From NCBI GenBank assembly GCA_041659505.1, contig JBAZYF010000001.1:35654-99653 (forward strand): a stretch of DNA of 64,000 nt, read 5' to 3'. The notes beneath the pieces were generated by a model, which saw only the letters and a list, made by a program, of their open reading frames with translations, made no database searches and was not told the origin of the DNA. This DNA comes from Parcubacteria group bacterium (GTDB lineage: Bacteria; Patescibacteriota; Minisyncoccia; Moranbacterales; UBA2206). How positions within the stretch are numbered: position 1 is the first letter of the stretch; each line of letters opens with the position of its first letter. Made by a program: the position numbers and the translations under genes. Below are positions 39,810 through 49,533 of this stretch, piece by piece.

Positions 39810-40544
39810 TTGCAAAAAATAAACACTTTTTTTCTTGATGCGCTTTTCCCTATCGCTTGTTTAGCTTGCCAGAAAAAGAATCATTGGATTTGCGATGAAT
39901 GTCTGGACAAACTCGAGCTACTCTCTTTCCAGGTTTGCCCGTATTGCGAAAAAGAAATCACCCAAAATGGCCTTGTTTGCGAAAGATGCCGGCAGATCCA
40001 ATTCACAAAAAATTCACAACTTGACCTAAACGCTCTTGTCTGCGCTACGGATTATCAAAAAATCAGCAAACTGATCCATTTTTTTAAATATAATTTTGTC
40101 ATTGACCTGGGGGTGCCACTGGGAAAAATAATCACGCGCGCCTTGCAAAAAAACAACCTGCCCCTGCCAGACTTCATCATTCCCATTCCGATCCACAAAC
40201 GCAAATTGAAATGGCGCGGTTTCAATCAAGCCGAAATCTTGGCCAATTTTGTCGGCCAAAACATCACACCAAATTTTCCCCTTCCAGTTCGAACCGACTT
40301 GGTTTTTCGCCGGAAAAAAACCCAAACGCAGATGAAAATAAAAAGTTACCAAACCCGACTGGAAAATCTCAAGGATGCTTTTGCGCTTATGCCCCGAGCG
40401 CGAGAAGCAATTGCCGGAAAAAAAGTTCTGCTCATCGATGATGTCGCCACCACCGGAGCGACACTTTTTGAATGCGCCAAAGTTTTGAAAACTGCCGGCG
40501 CAAGAGAAATTTACGGCGCAATTATCGCCCGGCAAAAAATCTAA
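39810..40544 (+). CDS. comF: ComF-family competence protein
   Basis: Double zinc ribbon, RGFNQ, LLIDDVATTGAT. Confidence 0.92.
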   Translation: MQKINTFFLDALFPIACLACQKKNHWICDECLDKLELLSFQVCPYCEKEITQNGLVCERCRQIQFTKNSQLDLNALVCATDYQKISKLIHFFKYNFVIDLGVPLGKIITRALQKNNLPLPDFIIPIPIHKRKLKWRGFNQAEILANFVGQNITPNFPLPVRTDLVFRRKKTQTQMKIKSYQTRLENLKDAFALMPRAREAIAGKKVLLIDDVATTGATLFECAKVLKTAGAREIYGAIIARQKI

Positions 40545-40556
40545 CCGACCTCTAAT

Positions 40557-41225
40557 TTAATCTTCCTTCACTTCTGACTCGGCTTTATGAAAAAGTTTGT
40601 AGTCAGCTCTGAAAAACCACAGTCCAATCCGATAGATGCTGTGCGTGATGAAAAAAGCGGCTACGACATCGATCGAGTAATGCAGATGACCCAAAATCAT
40701 CGTCGCCCCAAACAACACGGAGAAAAAAACCAAGATATAGCGCAAAACCAAGTCATCCCAAAAAATCAAAGCCAGAAGAAATGGCATGCCGGTGTGTCCG
40801 GAAAAAAACATGTCATTGCCCGACGCAATACTCGACAAAATATCGTGCTTGCTAAGAAATGAATGATCCGGAATTGGTCCCAGGTGTGTAAGCGAAATGA
40901 AGACTGAGCGGATAAGGATAAATAGTGCCAAATTTTTGAGCACATAGGGAATGCGCTGGGGTTTAATGACAAGCAGGAAAAAAATAAACCAGATAAACAG
41001 CCAGACCACTTCATTGACCATAAAATTAACATCCACCACTGGCAAATTATCTAAAAGAATATCGTTCACATGGCTGCTAGCGCTTCTGTCGACATAGAGT
41101 GAGGCATAGTGATTAATGATGATGCTGGCGACAAAGAAAAGGATGCCCAAAAAAATTGACCGGGACACATCCTTATGTTTCCAATACTGTTTATTTTTGA
41201 GAAATGTTTTTTTGAGTTCAAACAT
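40557..41225 (-). CDS. PAP2/sphingomyelin-synthase-like membrane protein
   Basis: DMFFSGHT, HLHYSIDV. Confidence 0.8.
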   Translation of the reverse strand: MFELKKTFLKNKQYWKHKDVSRSIFLGILFFVASIIINHYASLYVDRSASSHVNDILLDNLPVVDVNFMVNEVVWLFIWFIFFLLVIKPQRIPYVLKNLALFILIRSVFISLTHLGPIPDHSFLSKHDILSSIASGNDMFFSGHTGMPFLLALIFWDDLVLRYILVFFSVLFGATMILGHLHYSIDVVAAFFITHSIYRIGLWFFRADYKLFHKAESEVKED

Positions 41226-41229
41226 CTTT

Positions 41230-41964
41230 TTATCTTATATCTTTATACTTTTTGGAAAAAGGTTTTTGAAAAGCAATTACCCAAAAATAATTAACCACAT
41301 ATCGCAGAGCGGTCAAGAGAAAGCCCTCCTGCGAAAACCTCCGCGCCGAAGTATGCATTGGGAAAAAAAAAGAAAATTTCACTTGACCAACTCGTTGGAT
41401 TCTTTTGGCAATATCCGTGTCTTCGCCATAAAAACCAATGCGCACATCAAACCCGCCAATTTCTTCAAGCGCATTGCGCCTAAGCACAAAATTACCACCT
41501 TGGAGCATTGCACCTTTTCGAAGAATATACTGATTGAAAAGATGAATGATATATCCTAACGAATAATATATCCAAACGAGAAAGTTGATCCATAAAGATC
41601 TGTCATAATAAACATACGGTCCGCTCAGTGCGACTAATTTTTTGTTTTGCGAAAATTCCAAGACAGCTTTTTCGATCCAACCAGGCGCTAAAATACTATC
41701 AGCATCGATGTTAGCGATAATTTCTCCCGAGGAAGCCAGGAAACCAGATTGGCGCGCTTGCGCTAAGCCTTTTATCTGCTCATCGACTAGTCTAACATCG
41801 GGATGAGCCAAAATTATCTCCCGTGTCCTGTCTGTACTGGCATTGTTCACCGCAATCACTTCCGCATCGATCTTACTACTGCGCACTTCGCGAAGGATCG
41901 AGTCCAAGCATTTTCCAATATATTTCTCCTCATTATAGGCCGGGATGACAAAACTGATTTTCAT
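41230..41964 (-). CDS. GT2 glycosyltransferase
   Basis: IPAYNEE, DAD, GED. Confidence 0.9.
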   Translation of the reverse strand: MKISFVIPAYNEEKYIGKCLDSILREVRSSKIDAEVIAVNNASTDRTREIILAHPDVRLVDEQIKGLAQARQSGFLASSGEIIANIDADSILAPGWIEKAVLEFSQNKKLVALSGPYVYYDRSLWINFLVWIYYSLGYIIHLFNQYILRKGAMLQGGNFVLRRNALEEIGGFDVRIGFYGEDTDIAKRIQRVGQVKFSFFFPMHTSARRFSQEGFLLTALRYVVNYFWVIAFQKPFSKKYKDIR

Positions 41965-42638
41965 ATTTTTAATGCTAACATTTTTACAATTTGGTAAATT
42001 ATTTCAAAAACAGAAATTGTTTTTAAAATATTCAGACTCATCATAACCTCCCCCTTAAGCCCCGCTAAAAATTTACCCTTTTGATGCTTCCAGGGACTGA
42101 TCACATTTTCCCAGAAAACAATTTTTATTTTCAGCCTATTTTTTATGATCAACTTATTTAAATAAACTTCAAACCCGTAGGAAGGCAATTGTTCTATTTT
42201 TTTGATATGCCCTGCTATTAATTTTTTATCAAAAACCCTCTCGCCTGAGATATAATCCAATCCAATTTTTCTAAATGGCCAAGGTGCATTTTTTCTGAGA
42301 CTGATTGTGATATCAGCTTCTCCGGATAAAATTGGGCTAATAATCGCTGTCACATTTAAAGGTTTTAGATCCAACAGATCGGCATCTAATAAAAAAATTG
42401 TTTCGCATTTAGCCTTAGCAATTCCTGACAAAACAGCCTGGCTCTTCCCTTTATTTTTTTCATGTCTTATTAGCTTCACATTATCAAACTTTCCAACTAT
42501 TTCGCAAGTCTGATCTTTTGAACCATCATCGACCACGATAACTTCATTTATCAGAGGGTGCCTATGGACAGCCTCCAGTACATTTCCAATTCTTCCCTCC
42601 TCATTATATGCTGGAATTATACATGAAATATATTTCAT
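41961..42638 (-). CDS. GT2 glycosyltransferase
   Basis: IPAYNEE, VDDGS, DADL. Confidence 0.9.
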   Translation of the reverse strand: MKYISCIIPAYNEEGRIGNVLEAVHRHPLINEVIVVDDGSKDQTCEIVGKFDNVKLIRHEKNKGKSQAVLSGIAKAKCETIFLLDADLLDLKPLNVTAIISPILSGEADITISLRKNAPWPFRKIGLDYISGERVFDKKLIAGHIKKIEQLPSYGFEVYLNKLIIKNRLKIKIVFWENVISPWKHQKGKFLAGLKGEVMMSLNILKTISVFEIIYQIVKMLALKI

Positions 42639-42656
42639 TTCGTGACAAAAAAATTA

Positions 42657-43235
42657 TTATTTTTGTGGTTTCTTAGTAAAATGATAGGCCACCAACCCCG
42701 AAATAATCACAAAAAGCATCGCAACAGTAAAATAGCCCAAATAAGTATCAATCTTGGCATAGGCATGCCCGAAATAATAACCAAGCAACAAAAAAACAAG
42801 TGTTTTGGGAACTGTGCCGATAAAATTAAATTTGATAAATTTTTTCAAAGAAATCCTTGCGATGCCTGATGCCACTAAAATAGCACCACCCGCCGAATGT
42901 GTCCATTTGCCGAAAAGAAGTGTTTTGCCGAAATGCTTGTCAAAATGATTTTTCATTTTTTGGACTTGTTCAATATTAATCCATAAAAAACGTCCCTTTG
43001 AAAAAATACGCTTGCCCCCAAAATATCCTACGGAATAATATAACACATCTCCCGTTACATCGCCAAAAACAGCCACCAAATAAAGTCCATAAACATTAAA
43101 ATAACCCAGATAAGCTAAAAATCCTGCAATTACAGTGACAATTGGCCCCTCAATCACAACCAAAGGGAAAAAGATAAAATACTTATACTGCACCAGAAGA
43201 TTAAATATTTGATTTTGTGACAAATTTAAAAACAA
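42657..43235 (-). CDS. DedA family protein
   Basis: IEGP, GD...YSVG, multi-TM. Confidence 0.85.
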   Translation of the reverse strand: MFLNLSQNQIFNLLVQYKYFIFFPLVVIEGPIVTVIAGFLAYLGYFNVYGLYLVAVFGDVTGDVLYYSVGYFGGKRIFSKGRFLWINIEQVQKMKNHFDKHFGKTLLFGKWTHSAGGAILVASGIARISLKKFIKFNFIGTVPKTLVFLLLGYYFGHAYAKIDTYLGYFTVAMLFVIISGLVAYHFTKKPQK

Positions 43236-43260
43236 ACGATTTATTTTTAAATATTTATCC

Positions 43261-43334
43261 TGGTCGGGCTGCCGAGAATCGAACTCGGTCTACATCCACC
43301 CCATGGACGCGTACTACCGGTATACTACAGCCCG
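43261..43334 (-). tRNA. tRNA-Pro(GGG)
   Basis: Cloverleaf, loop AT-GGG-GT, TTCGA, CCA. Confidence 0.9.
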
Positions 43335-43343
43335 TGGCCTTGC

Positions 43344-43403
43344 GCCCGCCTGCAACGCTATGCGTAGCATTGCGGGCAGGTACTACCGCCATACTACACC
43401 CTG
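43344..43403 (-). pseudogene. Decayed 5' tRNA-Pro copy plus palindrome
   Basis: 43380-43403 matches 20/24 of the tRNA-Pro 5' end; GC palindrome follows. Confidence 0.55.
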
Positions 43404-43431
43404 AAATCTAAAAGGCAAAAAAGCACCCTTC

Positions 43432-44016
43432 TTATATCCCCAAAAATCTTTCCAACATTTCCGCCAGATTATGATCTTGTTTTATTTCTGGAATATATTT
43501 GAGTAGAATTCGGCGAATGATTACTGGATCTTCATTTTCGAGCGGAATGTGCACAAAGGGCGTGAGATAGCTTCTTGTGTGCAAGCTGATCACTTTAATA
43601 TATCGCGGATCATAAAAAATCCAAAAAGAGTGGATATTTTCAAATTCATATATTTCATTGCCAGCCAGAATGCCCTCGGGCACAATGCGAAAATCCAAAA
43701 TCCGCGGTTCCTTGCTTGAATACATATAGGCAACGATGCCGATAAGCACAAAAACAATCGCCATAATCGGATTATCTGTAAAAGTGGCATAGACAATAAT
43801 GGCCAGAAGGACAAGTGCGACATAGGAAAGGCGCCGTTTATTCTGCTCATACATTTCAAATTCCGGCGCGCTCCAATGCCAAAGCGCATCTTTGGAATAT
43901 TGTTCCAGCAATCCCTCACTCTCAGGCGCTGGAAGCATTTCCATTTCCGCTGGGCGACTTTTTAAAAACGCCTCGTTATCATCTCTAAAGGATTGTTTAT
44001 GGTTTTTTATATACAT
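43432..44016 (-). CDS. Hypothetical two-TM membrane protein
   Basis: 194-aa ORF, W.APEF then two TM helices. Confidence 0.7.
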   Translation of the reverse strand: MYIKNHKQSFRDDNEAFLKSRPAEMEMLPAPESEGLLEQYSKDALWHWSAPEFEMYEQNKRRLSYVALVLLAIIVYATFTDNPIMAIVFVLIGIVAYMYSSKEPRILDFRIVPEGILAGNEIYEFENIHSFWIFYDPRYIKVISLHTRSYLTPFVHIPLENEDPVIIRRILLKYIPEIKQDHNLAEMLERFLGI

Positions 44017-44067
44017 TTTAATTACATTAAGGCAACGGTACCAATTTACTTAATGTTAACATATTAA

Positions 44068-44092
44068 GTAGAGACGAGGCAATGCCTCGTCT
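44068..44092. repeat. GTAG-type REP palindrome
   Basis: gtag-agacgaggca-a-tgcctcgtct. Confidence 0.6.
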
Positions 44093-44156
44093 TTGTCTTG
44101 TCTTTACAATTGCCGGTTCAGCTGATAGTATTTAAAAGTTAAGATTTATCATATTT

Positions 44157-44266
44157 GGAGAGGTGGCTGAGTGGGCCGGATGCGATCAAACATCTGGCGG
44201 GTTGCAAAAGCAACCCCGGCAGACACGAAGCTACAGTTTTTTGACCGAGTCCGCCAACTGGCGGAC
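44157..44266 (+). pseudogene. Decayed tRNA-Ser copy with inserted hairpins
   Basis: First 18 nt identical to tRNA-Ser(GCT) 5' end. Confidence 0.55.
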
Positions 44267-44275
44267 GAGAAATAT

Positions 44276-44362
44276 GGAGAGGTGGCTGAGTGGCTGAAAG
44301 CACCACACTGCTAACGTGGCAAGGGGTAAAACCCTTCGAGGGTTCAAATCCCTCCCTCTCCG
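44276..44362 (+). tRNA. tRNA-Ser(GCT)
   Basis: Loop CT-GCT-AA, long variable arm. Confidence 0.93.
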
Positions 44363-44640
44363 CCTTCGCCACGCCGTAGCTTCAGCGAAGGCGGGCTTCG
44401 CCAAAGCTACGGCATGGCTACGGCGTGACAAGTCCGCTCAGGACTCAGCGAAGGCGGGCTTCGCCAAAGCTACGGCATGGCTACGGCGTGACAAGTCCGC
44501 TCAGGACTCAGCGAAGGCGGGCTACGGCATGGCTACGGCGTGACAAGTCCGCTCAGGACTCAGCGAAGGCGAGCTTCGCCAAAGCTACAGCGTAACTACG
44601 GCGTGACGCAGTCCGCAAGAAACCATGCGAAAGCGGGATT
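44363..44640. repeat. Tandem array of ~63-bp palindromic units
   Basis: Units start at 44382, 44445, 44508 (52 bp) and 44560. Confidence 0.9.
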
Positions 44641-44673
44641 TACTACGCTACAATATTCTCAAAATAAAAAGCT

Positions 44674-44904
44674 ATGTATTATGTCTATAGTCTAAAATGC
44701 AAGGATGGATATTATGTCGGTTGCACAGATAATCTTAAAGATAGAATAATTAGACATCAAAACGGCTACGTACCAGCAACTAAAAATAGACTGCCCTTGA
44801 AATTGGATTTTTATTTTGCAATGAACGATAAATATAAAGCATTTGAATTTGAAAAATACCTAAAATCAGGATCCGGACGTGCTTTTTCTGTGAAGCATTT
44901 TTAA
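44674..44904 (+). CDS. Small GIY-YIG nuclease
   Basis: YYVYSL...YYVG.T.NL..R...H, E..LKSGSGR. Confidence 0.9.
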   Translation: MYYVYSLKCKDGYYVGCTDNLKDRIIRHQNGYVPATKNRLPLKLDFYFAMNDKYKAFEFEKYLKSGSGRAFSVKHF

Positions 44905-44913
44905 AAAACAATG

Positions 44914-45000
44914 GGAGAGATGGCCGAGTGGTTTAAGGCAACAGTCTTGAAAACTGTCGTACTGTTAAAGGTACCGTGAGTTCGAATCTCACTCTCTCCG
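44914..45000 (+). tRNA. tRNA-Ser(TGA)
   Basis: ACAGT-CT-TGA-AA-ACTGT, long variable arm. Confidence 0.95.
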
Positions 45001-45174
45001 CCTTCGCCACGCTGAAGCGTGGCTTCGGCGTGACGCAGTCCGCCAGAAGCCATGCGAAAGCGGGATTCGCTACGCCGAAGCGTGGCTACGGCGTGACGCA
45101 GTCCGCCGTGGATACGCGTAGGCGAGCTTCGCCACGCCAGAACAAACATTCGGCGTGACGCAGTCCGCCAGAAG
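45001..45174. repeat. Three ~62-bp units related to the 44363 array
   Basis: cggcgtgacgcagtccgcc three times. Confidence 0.85.
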
Positions 45175-45194
45175 AATAGTTAAAATAAATAATT

Positions 45195-45267
45195 GCGCTT
45201 ATAGCTCAGTGGATAGAGCGTCTGGTTGCGGTCCAGAAGGTCGCAGGTTCGATTCCTGCTAAGCGCA
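45195..45267 (+). tRNA. tRNA-Arg(GCG)
   Basis: TCTGG-TT-GCG-GT-CCAGA anticodon arm. Confidence 0.9.
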
Positions 45268-45270
45268 CAA

Positions 45271-47364
45271 ATGAACACTCTTCTTAAAAATATTCCCAAG
45301 ATAACTCCGAAATATCTAAAGATCCTGGAGAAGCTCGGGCTTTTTACGGTTCAAGATTTTTTGTTTTATCTCCCTTTTCGTTATGATGACTTTTCCCAAA
45401 CCATAGCGCTTTCTGATGATTATCTCAATTCTGTCGTCACTATCTCTGCAGTTGTTACTAAAACAAAATTAAACCGCATTTTCAAGCGCAAATTGACAAT
45501 TGCGGAAGTAATGTTGGAAGATGAAAACCAGACGCCCCTGAAAGCGGTCTGGTTCAATCAGCCGTTCATCCTGGATTCAATGCCACTGGGTACCGAAGTA
45601 CGACTTTCTGGAAAATTAGAGTTAAAAGGCAAATATTTCACCCTGACCAATCCCGCCTGGGAACGCGCCTCGCGCGAAAAAACCAACACCGGGCAACTCG
45701 TGCCGATCTATTCGGAAACACCAGGCCTCACTTCCAAGTGGATCCGCTGGCAAATGAAAACTTTTTTTGCCAACATTACAGACTTGGAAGATTATGTTCC
45801 GGAAGACTTGCGCAAAAAATTACATCTCTATTCTCTGCTTTCCGCTCTGCGTCAGATCCATTTTCCGGAAAATCAAGAAAAGCTACTCATCGCCCAAAAG
45901 ACTTTTGCCTTCCGGGAGATGTTTTTGATGCAACTCAAAACTTTGCAAATGAAAAATACCTGGGAAGCACAAAGCGCCACCGGCCTCGCATTGGATGAAA
46001 AATTGATCCAAGACTTTATTGAAACTTTACCCTTCAAGTTAACCGGCGCACAACACAAAGCCAGCCTGGAAATTATCAAAGACCTGGTAAAAACTTGTCC
46101 GATGAATCGCTTACTCAACGGCGACGTAGGCGCAGGAAAAACAGTCGTCGCGGCCATTTCTGCACTGAGTGCGCTTTCGCAAAATCAGCAAGTGGCGATT
46201 CTTGCTCCGACCGAAGTCTTGGCTCTCCAACATTTCCAATCATTTTCAAAACTGTTTAAAAATTATGATTTTAAGATTGCACTGCTCACCAGTTCATATA
46301 AATTAGTTTTCAAAAATTGGGAACCAAAAGCCCAAAAAATTACGCGCGAGCAAATGCTTGGGCAAATTAAAAGTGGCGAAATAAACTTAGTCATTGGCAC
46401 ACATGCTATTATCCAAAAAGATGTTGCGTTCAAAAATCTCGCACTAGTGATTATCGACGAGCAGCATCGTTTCGGCGTCGCGCAGAGGTCAGTCCTTCAA
46501 CGAGAAACTCTTGAACTGAAAGATGGAAAAAAGAAAACCATCCCCCATCTCCTCACAATGACTGCTACGCCAATCCCCCGAACTTTGGCAATCGCTTTTT
46601 TTGGCAGTCTTGATCTGTCTATCCTCGACGAGATGCCCAAAAACCGAAAACCGATCAAAACCAGAATTGTCCTGCCAGATCAAAGAGATCAGGTCTATGC
46701 GTTTATGCGCAAAGAAATCGATGCCGGCCGGCAAGTGTTTGTCATTTTACCTTTTGTCGAAGAATCTAAAGTGCTCACTGAAGTCAAAGCCGCCACAGAA
46801 GAGCATAAAAAATTATCCTTAGTTTTTCCGGAATATTCCTTAGGACTTTTGCATGGCCGTCTCAAATCGAAAGAGAAAGAAACTGTGATGCAAGATTTTA
46901 AGGATAAAAAAAGTCAAATCCTCGTTTCCACTTCGGTGGTCGAAGTCGGCATCGATATCCCCAACGCCACCATAATGCTTATTGAAAATTCCGACCGCTT
47001 CGGCCTTTCTCAACTCCACCAATTCCGCGGACGCGTCGGCCGCGGCGAACAACAATCATATTGCTTCCTTTTCACCGAATCAACCACAAAAACCGCCCTG
47101 GAACGCCTACGGGCAATGGAGAAAAGCAACGACGGTTTTGAACTTTCGGAAATTGACCTGAAACTACGCGGTCCCGGACAACTCCTCGGCAAAGCCCAAT
47201 CCGGCCTCTCCGACATCGCCATGAAAAATCTCAACAACCTAAAACTGATCAAAATCGCCCGTGAAGAAGCCCAAAATATTCTAAAAACCGACGCAAAATT
47301 AAAAAAGCATCCGCTGATCGCCAAAGCTTTGGAAAAATTCGAGAAGGATGTGCATTTGGAATAA
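45271..47364 (+). CDS. recG: ATP-dependent DNA helicase RecG
   Basis: GDVGAGKT, DEQHRFG, TATPIPRT, QFRGRVGR; start moved after the tRNA. Confidence 0.96.
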   Translation: MNTLLKNIPKITPKYLKILEKLGLFTVQDFLFYLPFRYDDFSQTIALSDDYLNSVVTISAVVTKTKLNRIFKRKLTIAEVMLEDENQTPLKAVWFNQPFILDSMPLGTEVRLSGKLELKGKYFTLTNPAWERASREKTNTGQLVPIYSETPGLTSKWIRWQMKTFFANITDLEDYVPEDLRKKLHLYSLLSALRQIHFPENQEKLLIAQKTFAFREMFLMQLKTLQMKNTWEAQSATGLALDEKLIQDFIETLPFKLTGAQHKASLEIIKDLVKTCPMNRLLNGDVGAGKTVVAAISALSALSQNQQVAILAPTEVLALQHFQSFSKLFKNYDFKIALLTSSYKLVFKNWEPKAQKITREQMLGQIKSGEINLVIGTHAIIQKDVAFKNLALVIIDEQHRFGVAQRSVLQRETLELKDGKKKTIPHLLTMTATPIPRTLAIAFFGSLDLSILDEMPKNRKPIKTRIVLPDQRDQVYAFMRKEIDAGRQVFVILPFVEESKVLTEVKAATEEHKKLSLVFPEYSLGLLHGRLKSKEKETVMQDFKDKKSQILVSTSVVEVGIDIPNATIMLIENSDRFGLSQLHQFRGRVGRGEQQSYCFLFTESTTKTALERLRAMEKSNDGFELSEIDLKLRGPGQLLGKAQSGLSDIAMKNLNNLKLIKIAREEAQNILKTDAKLKKHPLIAKALEKFEKDVHLE

Positions 47365-47469
47365 TCAGAACCACTGATTCGCACGTGATTTTCCTGATTA
47401 CACATGATTGAATTCTGATTTTCCCCCATCAGTGAAATCAGTGTAATCAGAGTTAATCAGTGGTTCAGA
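47365..47469. repeat. AACCACTGATT element, copy 2
   Basis: Inverted homolog of 18353-18452; overlaps the GT4 stop. Confidence 0.75.
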
Positions 47470-48602
47470 CACCCCGTATACACCTTCAAAAGTTTCTCCG
47501 CACAAACCTCGCTCGTAAAATTTTCCCGCGCAATTTTGCCTGACGCTTCACCAAAACGCTTGCGTAAACTTTCATCGTTAATCAATTTCAAAACGGCAGT
47601 GGAAAATTCCTTTTCATCTTCTCGCACTAAAAATCCATTGGCCTTGTTAAGGGCGAGACTGCTGATGCCGGTGGAATCGACCGCTACGATGGGAAGATAC
47701 ATATGCATCGCTTCGAGCGGAATAATCCCTTGTGTTTCAGATTTGGAACCGTAGACGAAAATATCCGCCGCGGCATAATAATTTTTTAACTCATCATGCG
47801 AAACTAGACCGGCAAAAATCACTGAAGCGGAAAGATTATTTTCCTCACAATATTTTTTCAACTTTGGCAAAAGATAACCATCCCCTGCCACAAGAAATTT
47901 TACTTTTTTATTTTGCGCCAAAACATCCCTTACTGAGCGAAAAATAAATTCAATATTTTTTTCTTCCGTCAAACGAGACACCAAAAACAGTACGGTCTCG
48001 TCTGGGGCGATGCTATAAATTTTCCGCACGACTTCTCGATCAGCTCCGTCAAATTCTTCCGCCTTGATGCCGGTCGCGATCGGAATGATTTCTTTTTGCA
48101 CGCCCCACTTTTTCAAAATCGGAATAATGGAAGCGGTTGGGGCGATGACTGCATCAGAATGATTAGCATATTCAACTGCCTTTTTTATAATATAATTCGC
48201 CGCCCATTTTTTGGGAATGAGCGGAATAAAATTCGTATATTGATCGTAGAGCGTATGCCAAGTGAACACGAGTGGGATTTTCTTTTTTTTGGCCCAACGC
48301 ATCGCAGCCGAACCCAAAAGATTGGGATGTTGGGAATGGATGATATCAATTTTCAAGTCTTTCAGAATTCGATGAATTTTCCAAGAATATGGAATCGGCA
48401 AGGGAAAGCGAAATTTAAATTCAATATCAATTGATGGAAAACGAAAAACATTCGGATTTTTATCCGCATAGTCTTTCCATTTGGGCGCGAAAATATAGAC
48501 GGTGTGGCCACGCTTTTCCAGCTCCGCGCGAAAAGTTTCGACGGAAACCGTCACTCCGTATGGATTAGGCAAGTAATTGTTGGTGAAAATGGCAATATTC
48601 AT
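47457..48602 (-). CDS. GT4 glycosyltransferase (diacylglycerol glucosyltransferase-like)
   Basis: IAIFT..Y.P...GV, HT.Y, SETQG...LEA. Confidence 0.88.
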   Translation of the reverse strand: MNIAIFTNNYLPNPYGVTVSVETFRAELEKRGHTVYIFAPKWKDYADKNPNVFRFPSIDIEFKFRFPLPIPYSWKIHRILKDLKIDIIHSQHPNLLGSAAMRWAKKKKIPLVFTWHTLYDQYTNFIPLIPKKWAANYIIKKAVEYANHSDAVIAPTASIIPILKKWGVQKEIIPIATGIKAEEFDGADREVVRKIYSIAPDETVLFLVSRLTEEKNIEFIFRSVRDVLAQNKKVKFLVAGDGYLLPKLKKYCEENNLSASVIFAGLVSHDELKNYYAAADIFVYGSKSETQGIIPLEAMHMYLPIVAVDSTGISSLALNKANGFLVREDEKEFSTAVLKLINDESLRKRFGEASGKIARENFTSEVCAEKLLKVYTGCLNH

Positions 48603-48607
48603 ATTGC

Positions 48608-49465
48608 TCAGTTTTTATCTAAAAAATCCAGGATGTCCTTAAAAATATTTTCATTTTTAATATCGGAGATGAAAGTATGATAGGCGTCTTTGATATATTT
48701 TTTTTGTTTTATCCCTGATCCAATTTTGGCAAAAATTTGCTCAAGACTTTTTTTGGTCACGATATGATCAATGGAAGATTGCATTATGAGACATGGTTGA
48801 GTAATTTTTCCCATGACACGCCGAGAAAATTTGGCCAGTTTCAAAATTTCCAAAACGCTCCTGATCGGATAGGTTTGGTAGGATATTTTTCTGGTTACCA
48901 TCTCTCCAGACCCAAAAGACGGCGGATAGTATTTTTTGTAATATTTCCTAAACAGCAACATGATTCTGGCAAAGAGATGCATAATTTTTTCCATCCGCAA
49001 TTTGTATGGCATCGCCATAAGCACAAGACCAGAAATTTCTGGATTATTTCCCGCCAAAATTGAAGCCAGACTTGCACCAAGTGACGTTCCAATGACATAA
49101 ATTTTTTTGTGATTTTCTCTCAATTTGGAATAGGCATTTTCAACGTCCTCATTCCAGATTTTCCATGAAACATTTTCCAAGTCTTTTGGAACAGTTCCGT
49201 GACCGGTCAGAAGCGGAGCATAAACAGTATAGCCCTTTGAGTGCAGATATTTTCCCAGTCGCCTCAGTTCATAGGGCGTCGTTGTCCAACCGTGGACCAA
49301 AAGAACGGCTCGGCCGTTTTCGCCGGGAAAATAAAAAGGCTTGTCGATAAACGCAAGCTCATCGCCACAAAGCATCTCCGGTTCAGTAGAAACAGCTTCC
49401 CTTTCTTTTTCCTCAGTCAAATTAACCATGTTTAATATCTTACTACTTTTCTCCAATTTAGCCAA
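48608..49465 (-). CDS. Alpha/beta-hydrolase (carboxylesterase/monoacylglycerol lipase-like)
   Basis: HGWT, GHG, GTSLG, Asp and His. Confidence 0.88.
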   Translation of the reverse strand: MAKLEKSSKILNMVNLTEEKEREAVSTEPEMLCGDELAFIDKPFYFPGENGRAVLLVHGWTTTPYELRRLGKYLHSKGYTVYAPLLTGHGTVPKDLENVSWKIWNEDVENAYSKLRENHKKIYVIGTSLGASLASILAGNNPEISGLVLMAMPYKLRMEKIMHLFARIMLLFRKYYKKYYPPSFGSGEMVTRKISYQTYPIRSVLEILKLAKFSRRVMGKITQPCLIMQSSIDHIVTKKSLEQIFAKIGSGIKQKKYIKDAYHTFISDIKNENIFKDILDFLDKN

Positions 49466-49533
49466 CTAGAGAATAAAAAAATCGCCCAAACCGTTGGTCG
49501 ATCAAAATTAGGCTGGGATAAGCATGCTATGCC

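Noticed and set aside
44157-44362. Intron-containing tRNA-Ser
   Set aside because: The downstream gene is complete on its own; the upstream part is a duplicate, not an exon
44139-45158. Short ORFs over tRNAs and repeats (e.g. 44316-44543, 44901-45149)
   Set aside because: Shadows of tRNA and repeat sequence
44363-45174. CRISPR array
   Set aside because: Units are repeated whole, with no unique spacers of regular length; no cas genes in the window
45226-45270. N-terminal extension of RecG in the ORF track
   Set aside because: Overlaps tRNA-Arg(GCG); ATG 45271 is more plausible
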